DNA of 63,269 bases, the filler included, from Polymyxa betae A26-41 (Eukaryota; Protista; Endomyxa: Phytomyxea): NCBI GenBank assembly GCA_003693705.1. It is 7 parts of 7 records of this genome, joined end to end, with 100 filler letters (N's around TTAATTAATTAA, not from the genome) between each part and the next. Parts side by side here need not be neighbours in the genome. Positions count along the whole stretch, not along the records: positions 10,885 to 19,999 come from RBZT01000230.1; positions 20,100 to 28,830 come from RBZT01000606.1; 5 more parts are not named here. One strand, given 5' to 3'. This document shows, piece by piece, positions 12,004 through 24,600 of the stretch (position 1 is the stretch's first letter; every line of letters begins with the position of its first letter). Under the pieces are notes generated by a model that saw nothing but the letters and a program-made list of their open reading frames with translations, searched no databases and had not been told where the DNA came from. A program made the translations under genes and the position numbers.

Positions 12004-13745
12004 CTGGACAATAATATTCCTGAATTTTGATCCTCGTAGCATAGCAAGCTCATGCGGGTGACTGGAGGTAGTTTCAGATGCGAAGGATCATTTGCAGCGT
12101 CTCTTTCCGAGACAACGTTAGCCATACCATCAACGACATCAGCGAATAGTCTAGCAACGGACAATACATGGTGTTCGGTCCCCTTCAAATAGTGTTCATG
12201 CCTCACTACAAAGCCTTAGTTTTCTTTGAAAAACTTTTGGGAGGAGGAAGTGTGTNNCGAACACTTATTGCGCCCTACTTTAGTTGTAATGTTTTATACA
12301 AAGGCACGAAGGTCCCAAAACGGGAATTTGAATATTTTTTTTATGTAAAAAACATTAATGTTGTGACAATAAAGAGATTACTTTTTCCTAAGTTATTTTT
12401 CCTTTGGTTGAATCACACCCACCAACCCCAAACTAGGCGCGGATTGGAACAAACCAACGTAGCCACACGGCCCTTTCCAGATCTGTATGCAATGGCGAAT
12501 AGATGTTGATCGTTGTATCGGTTTGGGAGCGCTTAGATTGCTTAGTTGGCTCCCAAACCGATACATCGTGGATTTTTTTTTTAGTTACGTAAATGCTTTT
12601 GCAACCAACCTCTTCAATCAATCGCCGGCTGTTACTGTTCCTGGCGTCGCCGAAAGTGAATGGGTAAGAGTTAACACGCTTATGAATCCCAATGAGCGCA
12701 AACCCACATTTCATCAAGAATGCGATCAAGGAAGGCATAAATACCCTCTATCCAGGCATATCAGATCGTCGGAAACTTGAAGTTGTTCCGAAAAATCAAC
12801 GCCCTGCATCCACATTAAGATGATTCGAACGCATTCCCAGAACCATTGAGCTAACCAGAGAAACAGCATTCGTGGACACAATGCCGAATGCTTTCTTGGG
12901 ATTGTTGATTTCCACGAAGCCCATTGGTTCAGAAAGCACAGATCGAAGCCGGTACCGGTAATCATATCCAGTGACAAAATGGTCTAACGAGGAATGTAGG
13001 CAATGCGACACGACGCCTGAGTAAAGAACGCTCCGTTCTTCGTATAACTCGTCAGCGCCGAATTGAACATCCCAATGCAATGACTCAGATACAGCAGTGC
13101 GCTTGTGCTTCAGGGATTTGAGAACTTTCTTGAAAACAGCATAGTCCAGTTGACTGGCGACCGGGAAGATTTTGCTGTGCTGGCATCAATTAGATTTGAA
13201 GGCGTACCTTTGTAAACGGATAGGGCTTCTAAGGTGCGAAGAAAACAAATCAGGTCAGTTCCAAGCACCGGATCTTCCGCATCAGATCCCTCTTCAGCTG
13301 TGTAATGATCGCGACAGCCAGCTACTTCGAGGCTAGAAAGCTCGAGAAAGGAAGGTTGAAGGGCAAAACAACGTTGATCCAACTGGGTAAGCTTACCCAG
13401 TTGGACCCACTTAAGTGTTACGTGTTTATTGGAAACCTAAACTGCAGGCGGGACCACTTAGTAACATTACAAGCTGATTTTAAGACTAAAAAGCAAATGC
13501 TGCCCAAGAAATAGTTTCGCACAATCGCTCAGTGTAATCAAGCCTCCAGAAGTGGGAGAAATGATTCGTTTGGCATTAGCGCAAACCTTCTTAATTTCAG
13601 CAACAGCTGCAGTTAGTAGCTCGCCGTCAACTGGACGGTCTGTGAAATAGAAGCTCGGGAGCTGAGCTGCAGTCATATATTGCCAACTCTTCAGAGACAT
13701 CGAACTCCTCTTCAGTTGAGTAAAAGTATTATTGTTGATGTCCAA
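12004..13745 (-). pseudogene. Fragmented piggyBac-like transposase
   Basis: Collinear frameshifted blocks RLRS...GFVEINNPKKAFGIV, LICLDRGY and GFALIGIHKR..YPFTFG resemble protist piggyBac-related DDD transposases. Confidence 0.5.
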
Positions 13746-14253
13746 AGGAAGGTATATATCCAGAACTTGTGATTAAGAGGCCAAGGAATACACATAATTT
13801 GTAACGCTGTGATACTGGTTGATAGCGTAGGCTGTGCATCCGAAAACTCTTAAATTGGAAAGATCGAGTTTTCTACCACCAAACCTCGAATGGAGTCTTT
13901 AAGTTTAGCGATGATGTTGGGGTTCGGTTATGTGCGTAAATAGCCATTTTCATGGCTTATCGCCAGAATAGTTTTTTGAGCACCTGCGTAATGCAGCATG
14001 CATCGTACCATATCCATTACGGTTCGGTTAATTCGTTTTGAGGATGAATTTTCCTGGGAACTTTTCGGCATTGTGCGCTCTAATTGGATTCCTTTTCGGT
14101 CTAAAAATGTAATAGATTCGGTTGAGTTGAATTCGCCCCCTCCGTCAAATCGGAGTGCAATAATCCCTTTTCTGTGCAGGTTTGTTATTCAGGGCTTCTG
14201 ATTTGTCTTTAAGGAAGAAGATATTAGGGGGTATCAAGGTTGGCCTTCCGGAG

Positions 14254-14460
14254 AATTTTAAAAGCGCTTTTAAAATTTAACATGTCATCGGATTAAAAGC
14301 GCTTTTTAATCTTAAAAGCACCTCAGGAGATGCTTTTAAATTTTAAAAGCGCTTTTAAAGTGGAAGCAACGCAAACTTGCAAAAAAAAATCGGAAAATAC
14401 CTATTTTTCACAGACTTATAGCATCAAAAGCAAAGTTAAAAGCACTTTTAAAACCTTAAA
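14254..14460. repeat. Cluster of AAAAGCGCTTTT palindromes in an insertion within the Copia integrase
   Basis: 24-bp perfect palindrome AATTTTAAAAGCGCTTTTAAAATT at 14254-14277 plus several variants. Confidence 0.8.
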
Positions 14461-15902
14461 AAGCAGACGTTAAGAAGAATCCGACCAATTTTTTGCCGAT
14501 ACGGGACATATATTTTTTGTCGTTTCCAAAGAAAATACGGGAATTTGGTCAAGCTCTGATCTATTGGACTATCGTCATATTGGCAAAATTGCTCAAAAAC
14601 CCTAAAACCCTATCCCAGAGAAAACCCTGACCCCCAACCCCAAACTTAATGTTGCAGAAATTCCTGCATTTTCGAAGATACGGATTCGCATTTTTGTCCC
14701 AAGATGACCGGAAATACGGTCAGTTTTGTCCTGATTCTCAATTACGGGATATTCGGTCAGTCGGATTATTCTGTGCGAATATTGGTCGAGAATGATCATC
14801 GCGTATAACTCTCCGTCGAACGCGGGAGTCTGGCGCATGGCCGGCATGGGTCCGCAAAGGTCCGTGGATATTCGTCCCAGTGTTTCTGTCGCTTTCGCGC
14901 TGTTTGAGTACGAGCGGAATGGAGTTTGGGTTTCTTTTCCGTGAATGCATGATTCGCAGCGGAAATCTTTCCGATTAGTTACTTTCATGCTGTTGGCCAT
15001 GTTCTTTTGCCAGAGGACTTTCAAGCGATCTCTGCTAATGTGGCCGAGGCGAGCATGCCAGAGTGTATCGGAAGCTGAATTCGTAGTCATGCAAATTTTG
15101 TCTATTTGCTGTGATTTTAGGTTGATCAAAGTACCAGAGAGGTAGTGAAGATCATCTCGACGTTTTCCAATTTCCAACAGTAATGAGTTTATGTTCGACT
15201 ACCGTGAAGTAACACGTGATGCAAATTAAAACTTGGAGATTATGCCGCTGTCTGCAGCCGCCTTTACAGAAAAACAGTTTTCTTTTCCGGAAAGTTGCGG
15301 AATATAATTCACGTTTTTCAGATTGAGTGTAATTATCAGGGCTCTTTGAAAGCGCTGTTTTATGGAGATAGTACCTGTTCCTTCTACTGATATTTCGGAA
15401 TTATCAGCCATCTGTACTTGACGATTGCTGTCTTTGTTGGGAGTTGAACTGGAAAATGCGTTCGATCTCCTGTAGCATGACTGGTGCATCAGCTATTAGC
15501 CAAAAACTCTACATTTGAAGAGATATTTGGATAAGCATCAAATTCGTTCAGTAAATTTGAATTTCCTGATCGATGATGGAGCCGACTTTGCCTTTTCTGG
15601 AAAGCTTCTGATCGGTGGATGCGGTCCCTGCGATCCGTCTTTGATTCATCCGCTTTTCGTTTCCGGCAATCTTCGCGAACGTGGTTTCTCTTTTTGCAGT
15701 AAGTGCAAGAGAGAGTGTCCGAAGTTTTGTTTTAAGAATTAGATGAAGAGCCGCTGAGGCATGATGTAGCCAGTGCCTCCAGGTACAGTACCGATCGGTG
15801 ATCCGGAGAGCCGTCAATCGGTCCCTTGCTTATTACGGCCAGAGCTGCAGGATTGGGAGATGCTGCTGCTAGATTGGCAGTGGAATCAGTCAGCGTTAAG
15901 GT

Positions 15903-16024
15903 GGCCCATAACCTCTTGGAAGTTGTGCGAATAGTAGAAGTTCTAATAAAGGGGAAGTAGTCGAAGTACCGTATATCACTAAAATCGGACGTTAGTTCGG
16001 AACTCGGAGAGATTCCGACCAACG
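15903..16024 (-). mobile_element. Copia primer-binding site and ~111-bp 5' LTR
   Basis: Minus-strand GGTTATGGGCC (copia-type internal tRNA-iMet PBS) follows a CGTTGG...CCAAGA segment, each end one change from TGTTGG...CCAACA. Confidence 0.65.
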
Positions 16025-16873
16025 AAGTTTAGTCAGGCCGGTCCGATCGGAGGATAATCAAATATTTCGTAAATATTGACATACATTTGATCGGGAAAAT
16101 TGTGATCAACATCGTCCGGATTCCAAAGGATTCCCCCGAAAATGATGTCCACTATAGCTTTGTCAAAATTGAACGTCAGCTCATCGGATTTGCTGTCTAA
16201 ATAAAACGGAATCAGATCAGCTGCTTGACAGGAACATTAAAAAACTCTTTTTCTCAGCGTCAGATCTGATAAAGAGCCCATTTACAGAACCATGAACAAC
16301 TATAGGCGACATGCCCATTGAATTGGTCGCGCGCAGCAACCAGATAATCCGAAAAGTATGTGACCGGTTGCAACCCATTCATATTGTGCTTGGGTAGGGG
16401 TAGAAGTTAGAGGAAATCGTTGCGTGACTCTCTGATGACCATGTTCAATATGAGTTATGATCATTTGCAGATCATCAGAGGACCATGTTCAAGAAAGCAA
16501 ACTTGCGGAGAAGAACAGCAGAAGAATTGCTTAGGTTTCCTATTAGCATCGTGCTTATCACCTATTGGATTTTAGTTTTTTTTAGAATGCACATTTTTAG
16601 ATATCGCTTACCGAGTCTAGGAATGAATCGGTGATTATTGCCACATTCTGCAACGGGATGTAGTCAGTCGTAAAACATGTTATGCTCGGCTAATTTGTTG
16701 CAGGGTTGGTAATTCCATTGCTGCGCGTACTACTTCTTCAAATTCTGTTTTCAATTGTGACTTTAAAGCCTTGTGACTCATGATATTTATAATACTGCCT
16801 ATTGATTCATCTTGTTTTACGTATATTTTTATTATTTTTTGTTTATGATTAAGGGTTATGATCGTTTAAATTT

Positions 16874-17778
16874 ATGCCAAAACCTACGACACCAGAGTCT
16901 ATGATGCGTTTTTGTGCAGCAATTGAGGCAGTGTATGGGAGCCATGCACTTCGAAAACCAACTGTTCAAGACCTGCATAAGCTATTGGACGAAAGCCATG
17001 ACCAAGGATGGCCTGGATGCATTGGCTCAATAGATTGCATGCGCTGGAGTTGGAAAAACTGTCCTTCTTCCTGGGCCGGCATGTTTACTGGCAAAGAAGG
17101 GGTTCCAACAGTGGTGGTGGAGGCGGTAGCTGATCGGAAGTGCCGGTTTTGGCATTTTTTCTTCGGAATGCCCGGTTCCCTGAACGATCTTAACGTTCTG
17201 GATCGGTCTACTCTGCTACATGACACCTTGAATGGCCGCTCGCCGACTGTTACATACCAGGTATAAATTGCTGCTGTGTATTACCACAAACTAAACTATT
17301 TGTGACCAGGTAAAAGGGTATACATTTACAATCCCATACTGGCTGGCAGATGGAATTTATCCTAATCACCACTGCTTCGTGAAGACCATCACTAATCCAT
17401 CGAACGGAAAGCAAAAGAAGTTTGCATCGATGCATGAAGATAAACGTAAGGATATTGAAAGAGCCTTTGGTATGCCCCAGGCTCGTTTCCACGTGCTCAC
17501 TAGGCCATGCCAGCTCTGGTCGAGAGATACCATGTATTTTGCATAATCTTATTTTAGACTACGAGCAGCAGAATGGTATGAACTCTGATTATATTAATCA
17601 CGAGCAGTATCAGCCGAAACACCCCTTCACTGTTGGCGCAGAGAGGTTAGGCTCCATTTCCACTGTAGACGAAGCAGATATCGAGTTATCTCGATTTCGC
17701 GATGCTGCAATGCATCATAAACTTCGAGATGCCTTGGTTGAGCACATTTGGAACCATGTCGGCGAGGCAGAAGAATAA
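16874..17778 (+). pseudogene. PIF/Harbinger DDE transposase (plant transposon protein-type), 5'-truncated, one intron (~17261-17309), frameshift near the 3' end
   Basis: PGCIGSIDCMRWSWKNCP, EAVAD, GSLNDLNVLDRS, YWLADGIYP, RKDIERAFG, CILHNLI. Confidence 0.9.
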
Positions 17779-17803
17779 TTCTGCATTGAAAGATAATACA
17801 CAA

Positions 17804-18696
17804 TTAAATCAAACAAAGGTCTGTGCTTTGCTGGTCAAGCCCGTCTGCAGCCTGCAGCTGCGCCAGCTCTCTTTTTTTACGAGCTAAGCTTAGTTCAGCA
17901 TCGATTAAAGCCTCTTCCTGCTTAATTTTTATGAACCTCTGGGCTTCCTCAGAGTGAGGGTTCAAAGCAAAAAACGACAATGTGAGGCGTTCCTTCTGGA
18001 AGGAAGTACGCTGATCAGCGTTGTCATCCATCCGTTGATAGAAAGCACTCTTCTCAGTACTCTCCGTCTGCTCATATTTCAGGCGCTTAGTTGCTTTCTT
18101 GCCCACCGTTGGCCTCGAGGTCATTTTCAAAGAGCGCTTTGACGAATTCGACCCAGGAATGTTATCCAAACCAGGCGTCGGGTTTTCGTCGCTGCTGCTC
18201 TTCTCATCGTCAGATTCATCCAACTGTAGCGCCTTCTTCATCTGTGGCGTCATGTCGTCGGTGTTAATGCAGAATTTCGACAGATGTTTGACTTCCCGCC
18301 AGCACAGTTCATGGGAGAAAGATTTGCCGGTCTCCTTCTGAAATTCTGCTTTGCCAAATTCATATAATCATCGATCTGCCATCCAGAATGATATTCCGAG
18401 ATGGCTTTATTCAAACAGGCTATAAATTTTAGCAAGGCCTTCTGAATAGTATTCAGCCAGCGGTTTCTCACCGCGTCGGGCGTGCGTTCCTAGACTTGTG
18501 CATCGCCCATGAGCGCTGCAAATCTCTCGCTAATATGGGCGTAGTAAACATTGCCATCTTGATCGGTGCCTACAGCAGCGTCTAGAGTAACCTCTTTGTA
18601 TGCAAATCGTGATCTTGAGGTCTTCCGTAGGCTGGAAGTTTTTGGTTCCAGAAACCTTACCTTTTGGCTTGGCATCAGATTTAAATTCAGTATCAA
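17804..18696 (-). pseudogene. Harbinger Myb/SANT-like (NAM-associated type) accessory protein, frameshifted
   Basis: NFQPTEDL, D-AVGTDQ, RNRW, SGW-IDD, CWREVKHLSKF and RPTVGKKATKR blocks across ORFs 18490-18696, 18250-18471 and 17804-18253. Confidence 0.8.
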
Positions 18697-18959
18697 CTAC
18701 AATGATATAAGTATAGACACAATCGTCAGATGCAAACTCAGATTTAATGCGCAATTTAACGATTCGTTAGATTTAACTTTGGCCATTAGCTTAATGATCG
18801 CCCCGCTGTCACGCAAAATCCTTATCGTTATCATTAGATATAACGATAACGATAACAATAACTGCGCCCGGTAACCTTGCTCTAAGATAGCAGGCATTTC
18901 TTCCCGAATACCTAACCTATAAGGAGAGGGTGAGTTATGATTTTTGGATTATTGCAAGT

Positions 18960-19830
18960 GCTCACGGTGAATGAAGGTTTTGTTTATCCATGCCCCTTGC
19001 AAAATAATGGTATCACCTTCTTTGATTTCTATAAGAAGGTTGCTGGCCTGGTAAATTATTAGAGGAATAACTAGACTGTTATGCACTGGGTTATGTAATA
19101 GCATTGACCGCCAACAGTCCGTATTTTCATATTTCGAGTGTTCCTAAAATTTTGATTAGTTTTCTTGAATATTTCATGACATTATTCTTACGATTAATTT
19201 GTGGCTTGGAGACCACACCTGCGATGAACAGGTTATGTCCCTTTCCCACGTTCATCGCTTCAATTAATTCTTTGGGTTTCCAATTGCAACTTAGCAATTG
19301 GTCTTCGACTGCCGTTGCTGTTTCGGAATTTTCAAACTTCGTTGTTAAATCAATTACAATTGCATTGTTTAGGTTGGGTATATAGCAGATCTCAATCTGC
19401 TGGGGTTTCGCATTCTCCAAAAAGAGATGATACAGGATTGAGTTTTCAGTAGTTATCTTCGTATTTGAGATCATTCAATTGTTGTTCGTTTCAAGTAATT
19501 TGTTTTTATTCGGATCTTGACCTCATGTGAAGATATCTTGACAAGGGGCTTGAGGTCCTGGATTTTCGTCTTGGTTTCCTTTATAGTACCCAGCTTTTGA
19601 GCGACTTCTGTTCCTGCCCATACCGACGAAGTCGTATAGTCGACAGTTACATGCATCTTATCGTCATCAACTAGGGTTATTATATCCCATGTATGGTCCA
19701 CATAGAACATGAGCAGCTGATAGGTCTTATTGGGGTTGGTTTCATCATATAATGTATAGAGATTTCTTGTTCTCGAAAGTAAGCTTTGTACCTAGGGATA
19801 TGTTACCATTGCTTATTGTCATGATTCACT
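18960..19830 (-). pseudogene. Unknown fragmented beta-rich coding region
   Basis: Consecutive overlapping ORFs 19471-19710 and 19127-19474 plus coding-like flanks. Confidence 0.35.
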
Positions 19831-19999
19831 ACTTCCGTTCAGCTTCCGAGCTACCTCATGCGTCATCGACCATCAATTCCAAGTTCCTGTTGACTCAAGT
19901 ATCGTGACTCACAACTTCGAACCTTCGCTTTCTCTGTTTATCGAAATACAATCATTCTCGAATCTATTCGATTCTTATTAAGTCTTGTTCGCCTGCTTC

Positions 20000-20099
20000 N
20001 NNNNNNNNNNNNNNNNNNNNNNNNNNNNNNNNNNNNNNNNNNNTTAATTAATTAANNNNNNNNNNNNNNNNNNNNNNNNNNNNNNNNNNNNNNNNNNNN
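20000..20099. other. Artificial contig spacer
   Basis: N-run + TTAATTAATTAA + N-run. Confidence 0.98.
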
Positions 20100-20711
20100 G
20101 GGTGTAGTGAGGCGGTCTCACATTCAAGACAAATAGAACAACTGAGTCTATCGATGCTAATGATTGATCAGTGACATTGATCCATCGGAAGGTATCCGTG
20201 GAAAACCCTAACGTGACAGGGGAGACCCGAAAGGGCCAAATCGCCACTGGAGGCCCAGTGGCGGCGGAAACTGCGTGAGTCACCGTCCGGCCTCCGGAAG
20301 CCCGGAACTACCCTGGCCGGCCTGGACGAGACCTTGGGGCCTGGAATCTAATTCTACTAAATCATAATTCAATTGTGCTCTCAATTGTAAAGCCTTTGTT
20401 CAAGTATGACACCGGAACTGCGCAAGCCTGCCATGATCTGCCTTTCCATGCGGACTTATGCTAATTTATAAAAAAATCTGCTTCTGGGAAAAGGAACCTG
20501 CAAAATTGCTGCTTTTGTTGAAGTGCGCGCCGGAATGCAAAATCCTGCTTTCTATTTGTACAGGCTGCTTTTTACGCAAATAAAAAACAAATTTATTTTT
20601 TACGTTACATCCTCGAACAATCAGAACGAGGTTGGAACCCACACGTTCTCTCTGTCTCGTCTTTAATCAGTCGTCGATTGCTTAGTCCTGATGGCGACGA
20701 CCACATCGGAT

Positions 20712-21038
20712 GCAGTCGTGGCCGGCGCCGGTGATTCGGCGCTGCCACGATGGTCGTTGGACCTCGGCCGGGTCGTGTTGGTGTCAGCCGACGCTTTTCG
20801 GGCGTCGCCGACATCTGCAGGGACCCGGTTCGATCGCTTCAAAATCGGATCGCCGCTCGGTGTATCCTGGCGGCGCCGATCACAATTCGAAGCAGTCGGG
20901 GAGGCGCCGGTGATTCGGCGCCGCCACGATGGTCGTTGGACCTCGGCCGGGTCGTGCTGGTGTCAGCCGACGCTTTTCGGGCGTCGGCGACACCTGCAGG
21001 GGCTCGGTTCGATCGCTCTAAATCGGATCTTCGCTCGT
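20712..21038 (+). repeat. Two GC-rich direct repeats, period about 180 bp
   Basis: GGCGCCGGTGATTCGGCG...GACCTCGGCCGGGTCGTG...GGTTCGATCGCT occurs twice. Confidence 0.9.
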
Positions 21039-21039
21039 T

Positions 21040-21425
21040 GCCTGCATGTCGTCTCTATCATCAATGATAAGAGCGATCACGTCATCTCTCTAGATGATAG
21101 AGCTGCTTGCTTATCGTCTCTATCGTCGATGATAAAGATGCCTGCATGTCGTCTCTATCATCGATGATAGAGAGCCAGTACGTCCTCTCTCTATCATCGA
21201 TGATAGAGCTGCTTGCATGTCGTCTCTATCACGATGAAAGAGAGCCAGTACGTTCTCTCTCTATCATCGATGATAGAGCTGCCTGCAAGTCGTCTCTCTA
21301 TCATCGATCTTAGAGATGCCTGCTTATTGTCTCTATCATCGACGATAGAGAGCCAGTACGTCGTCTCTCTAATCGATGATAGAGAGCCTGCATATCGTCT
21401 CTCTCATCAATGAAAAAGCAGCCTG
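21040..21425. repeat. Array of about 11 palindromic units (core CTCTATCATCGATGATAGAG), period about 35 bp
   Basis: Perfect cores at 21153, 21189 and 21259; degenerate ones at both ends; linkers alternate GCCTGCATGTCG-like and GCCAGTACGT-like. Confidence 0.92.
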
Positions 21426-21608
21426 CAGGTCGACTCGATAATGTGGAACAGGATGACGGTAACAAGGTCCCCTACTAGTCAGAAGCATCTGATTGCTGTC
21501 CAAACAGAAGATTTTATTGATTATGACGACAGCGTTTTGGGTATGGAAGAAAAGAGCTGTATCAGTGAGGAGGATCGGTGAAGATATAGAGAGTGCCATG
21601 ATCTGATA

Positions 21609-24600
21609 TCATGGCTCGCTAAATAACAACAAATACCAATAAACCTCTTCAGAACGCGACATGTCAACAGCAAAATAGCCTTTCACTCGCTCCAATCCTC
21701 CCAGCATGATATTAACAGGTTCAACAGAATCCATCATTACCCATCTAGCCCATGCGTTCTTTTCTGCAGGCCTCATCTCTTCAATGATAGGTAAACCCGT
21801 TTCTGGGTCTCTGTGTAGAGGAGCTTTTAGATTGTATGGAGACCTGTACCATTCCACAAACGCAACAAATATTTGAGAGTCTTCGTTTCGGATGACCAAC
21901 CTGGAAAAACAATTGACTGCTGCATACCAGCATGTCGTTCCAGAACGACCTGTTGATAAATCCTTCACTTTCATCATGTGGTTGCTGGTTTTCAGAGCAT
22001 GTTTTCTCTCGAGGTCTCGAGATCGGAAGAGCTTACCTTTATGAACGATTTCTCTGAAAGCCACAAATGATCCTGCATAGCAATATTATAGAGATAGTAA
22101 AATTATGCTGATCGATGGTTGCTTGCCTTTCAAAGCTTCAATTAGAGTCCGAAGAAAGCTTTGACTTTCCGGAAAGTCGAGCAGTTGTGAGTGGTGCAGC
22201 GGACAGAATGTTATGGGTTTCTTGCACGCGTCCTCTCGAGCAATATTTGTAGAAAGATTTTGGGTGATGAATACTTCAACATCACTGCGATACTCAACCT
22301 TTTCGAGCAGCTCGTGATGGAACTTTCCTATCGATGTAATTGAGAAGCAACCGACCCCTAATCGTGTATAATAAATACCTAATTGTAGATCCAAGATCGG
22401 CATTGTGATCTCCTCGGAGCTCACTCAGCTGTTTCTCTATCATGTATTCGTTTTGGCCAAACGTCCACTTCGAGATTGGTGTCTTCAAAACGATCATGAA
22501 ACTGATATCTAGGCATAAATGGATAGTAGTATTCAATCACAGATTTCAAGTTTCACAATGTCACCTTTAAAGCAGGTTACGAAGACTTGTTCGGTGAAGT
22601 TTTTCATGATGTTGACAGACTGCCCGCGGGAAGCATGGTTCATGAGTTTAACAGGTCTCATAAACCTTTCAGACCAAACGTTCCAGGCCACCCCGACGAA
22701 CGGCCCAAGGTCGCTGAGAAACATGATCGCAAACATGAACTGTGAGATGAACAGGCAGCGTCATTATGGTCGAAGGCGACACCTAATTCCATGTTAAACC
22801 TTGCTTGGACCAGACGACAGACCTAAACCTCTTCAAGTCTGGTTCGCGCTTCGACAATTGTGTGCTGAATTCGAGGTAGCTTCGACCTTCTATGAATCAG
22901 GCATAAACTATCGGATAGCGCATCGAAGTACGAATATAAAGCTGGTTGGAATCGTTTCACTTCTTTCTGTTCGGAGAAAAGGCCTCTGGTGAGGAATTTG
23001 AATAAACCATGAAGAAGTGATTGATACTGTGCATTTGTCACGAGCATGTTCGACTTCACATAGGGATGAAACAGCTCCGGGCAGCCTGAGAATTCACGTT
23101 AACAGTCGTACAAAACAACAACACAGCGTATATATAGCATTATGCTTTCATGTACCTTGAGGAGGTCGCAATCTTGCGAGTCGATCGGCAATTTTCGCTC
23201 TGCTTCCTTTCATTACGGCCCAAGGAAGCGGACTTGTATGATTTCAAATGTGAGGAAGGCGGCCAAGATTTCTCTCAGCATCCCTTGCCTCTCCATCGAA
23301 TATTAGACCAGTACCTTTGGTTTCACAATCGAGAGCTGCAATAATCCTTCTCACAGTGTTCTATCCACTGAGGTCAGTCTGTTCGTCTACCCGGGGCTGG
23401 AGTTTCATACCCCAAAATGATGCATGAAGTCACTCTTGAATTGACGGGTGACGTCCAAACCTGAATTTAACGTCTTGGTCAATTCGTCAATGACGAATTG
23501 GCCTGTTTGCTTATAGGGATGCTTGGAATCATTGGACCTGTCATATAATCTAGCCATAGCTGTCTCGTTACCTACATTGTTCTTCTGGTGCTTAATAGCC
23601 CATTCTTCAACCTTCGTTTTCTCGTAGTTTTCCGATAACATGCCTTAATGAAATTTGTGAATAAATAACCTCCGAGTATTTAATTTTCTCTACCTGCATT
23701 GAGAGCTTCTTCCTTCGAAAGCAGTCGAGCCGGAGAATTCCATTGATAATCTGTCACTCTCGGCAGAGTGATTTGCTTCCTGAGAGTATGTTTAAGCGGC
23801 AGAAATCTATACGACCCAGGACGGCATGTCCTGCCGATACATCGAACTCCAGATAAAGAACATATACAGGCTCCATTTATACTCGACGATGATGCCTTCT
23901 TCATAGCTTTCGCATAGGCTGGTAGATCGGCCATTCTGCTTCTGAGCAGAATGGCCTTTACCTAAGACAGGATTAGTTTGGCATTATCAAGAAGGTTGAA
24001 TTTATAGCTGTTAAAGCAACTTACCTGAATCGCCTGCCCTGGCAATGAATCATAGATCTGCAGCCCTGCCCGATTCAAAATGTTCAGTTCATGGGCAATT
24101 AGTTGGAAGAAAGCCTGAGTGCCGAAGTACGAGGAAGATGCTAAAACGACGGCTGAAGGCTTGCATCGATGTTCGGCGGGCAGCGTTAAATATGAAAACA
24201 TATGTGGCCACACCGAAACATTCGATGAGTCGTAAATCTGGGCTCCATCCTAACAATGTGCCAAAGCCACCACCAGGGTGTTAGTGCCTGCATAACGTCT
24301 GTAAGAAATCCGAATGTCATTAAACTTCGCAACCTGGATCTGAAGCGATGGGGCATCTCGATTCCTGTTGGTGAAAAGGAACGTATATGTCGTAAAAAGG
24401 TCACCGTATACCCAATCTTGCATTAATTCTTCTTTTTCACCGGTCGCTTCATAAAGCTTTACCAGCTTGTCAATATCATGGAATCCTTCCCAGAATTCTC
24501 TCGATAACGACGGAAACGATAACCTCACCTGTGACGAAATCAGTGGTTAGATTTTAAATAAATTTAGCCAGCATAATTGACCTGTAGGTCGAACGAAATG

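Larger units (their letters stand above)
13810..16024 (-). mobile_element. Degenerate Ty1/Copia element: 5' LTR, shortened gag, protease region, integrase; interrupted at about 14230-14770; RT absent
   Basis: CTYCKKRNHVREDC knuckle (~15690); VQMADNSEISVEGTGTI; LWHARLGH...CESCIHGK...STDLCGP; integrase RINRTVMDMVRCML and AIYAHNRTP...KTPFEVW...LRVFGC. Confidence 0.9.
16874..18882. mobile_element. PIF/Harbinger element with two convergent genes; left part missing
   Basis: Nuclease plus Myb-like partner; right terminus ...AACCTTGCTC followed by TAA, with ATAACG subterminal repeats. Confidence 0.75.

Noticed and set aside
20102-20190. Possible 5' LTR end and PBS (TGTAGT...GTGACA|TTGATCCATCG) for the gag at 27551
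   Set aside because: Plausible, but at the contig edge, the PBS is non-canonical and there is no second copy to confirm it
20691-21413. Repetitive ORFs (SLSSMI...)
   Set aside because: By-products of the tandem and palindromic DNA repeats
21040-21425. CRISPR array or synthetic tetO array
   Set aside because: Linkers are only 13-17 bp and recur rather than being unique; no cas genes; eukaryotic TE context; spacing and degeneracy do not match tetO vectors
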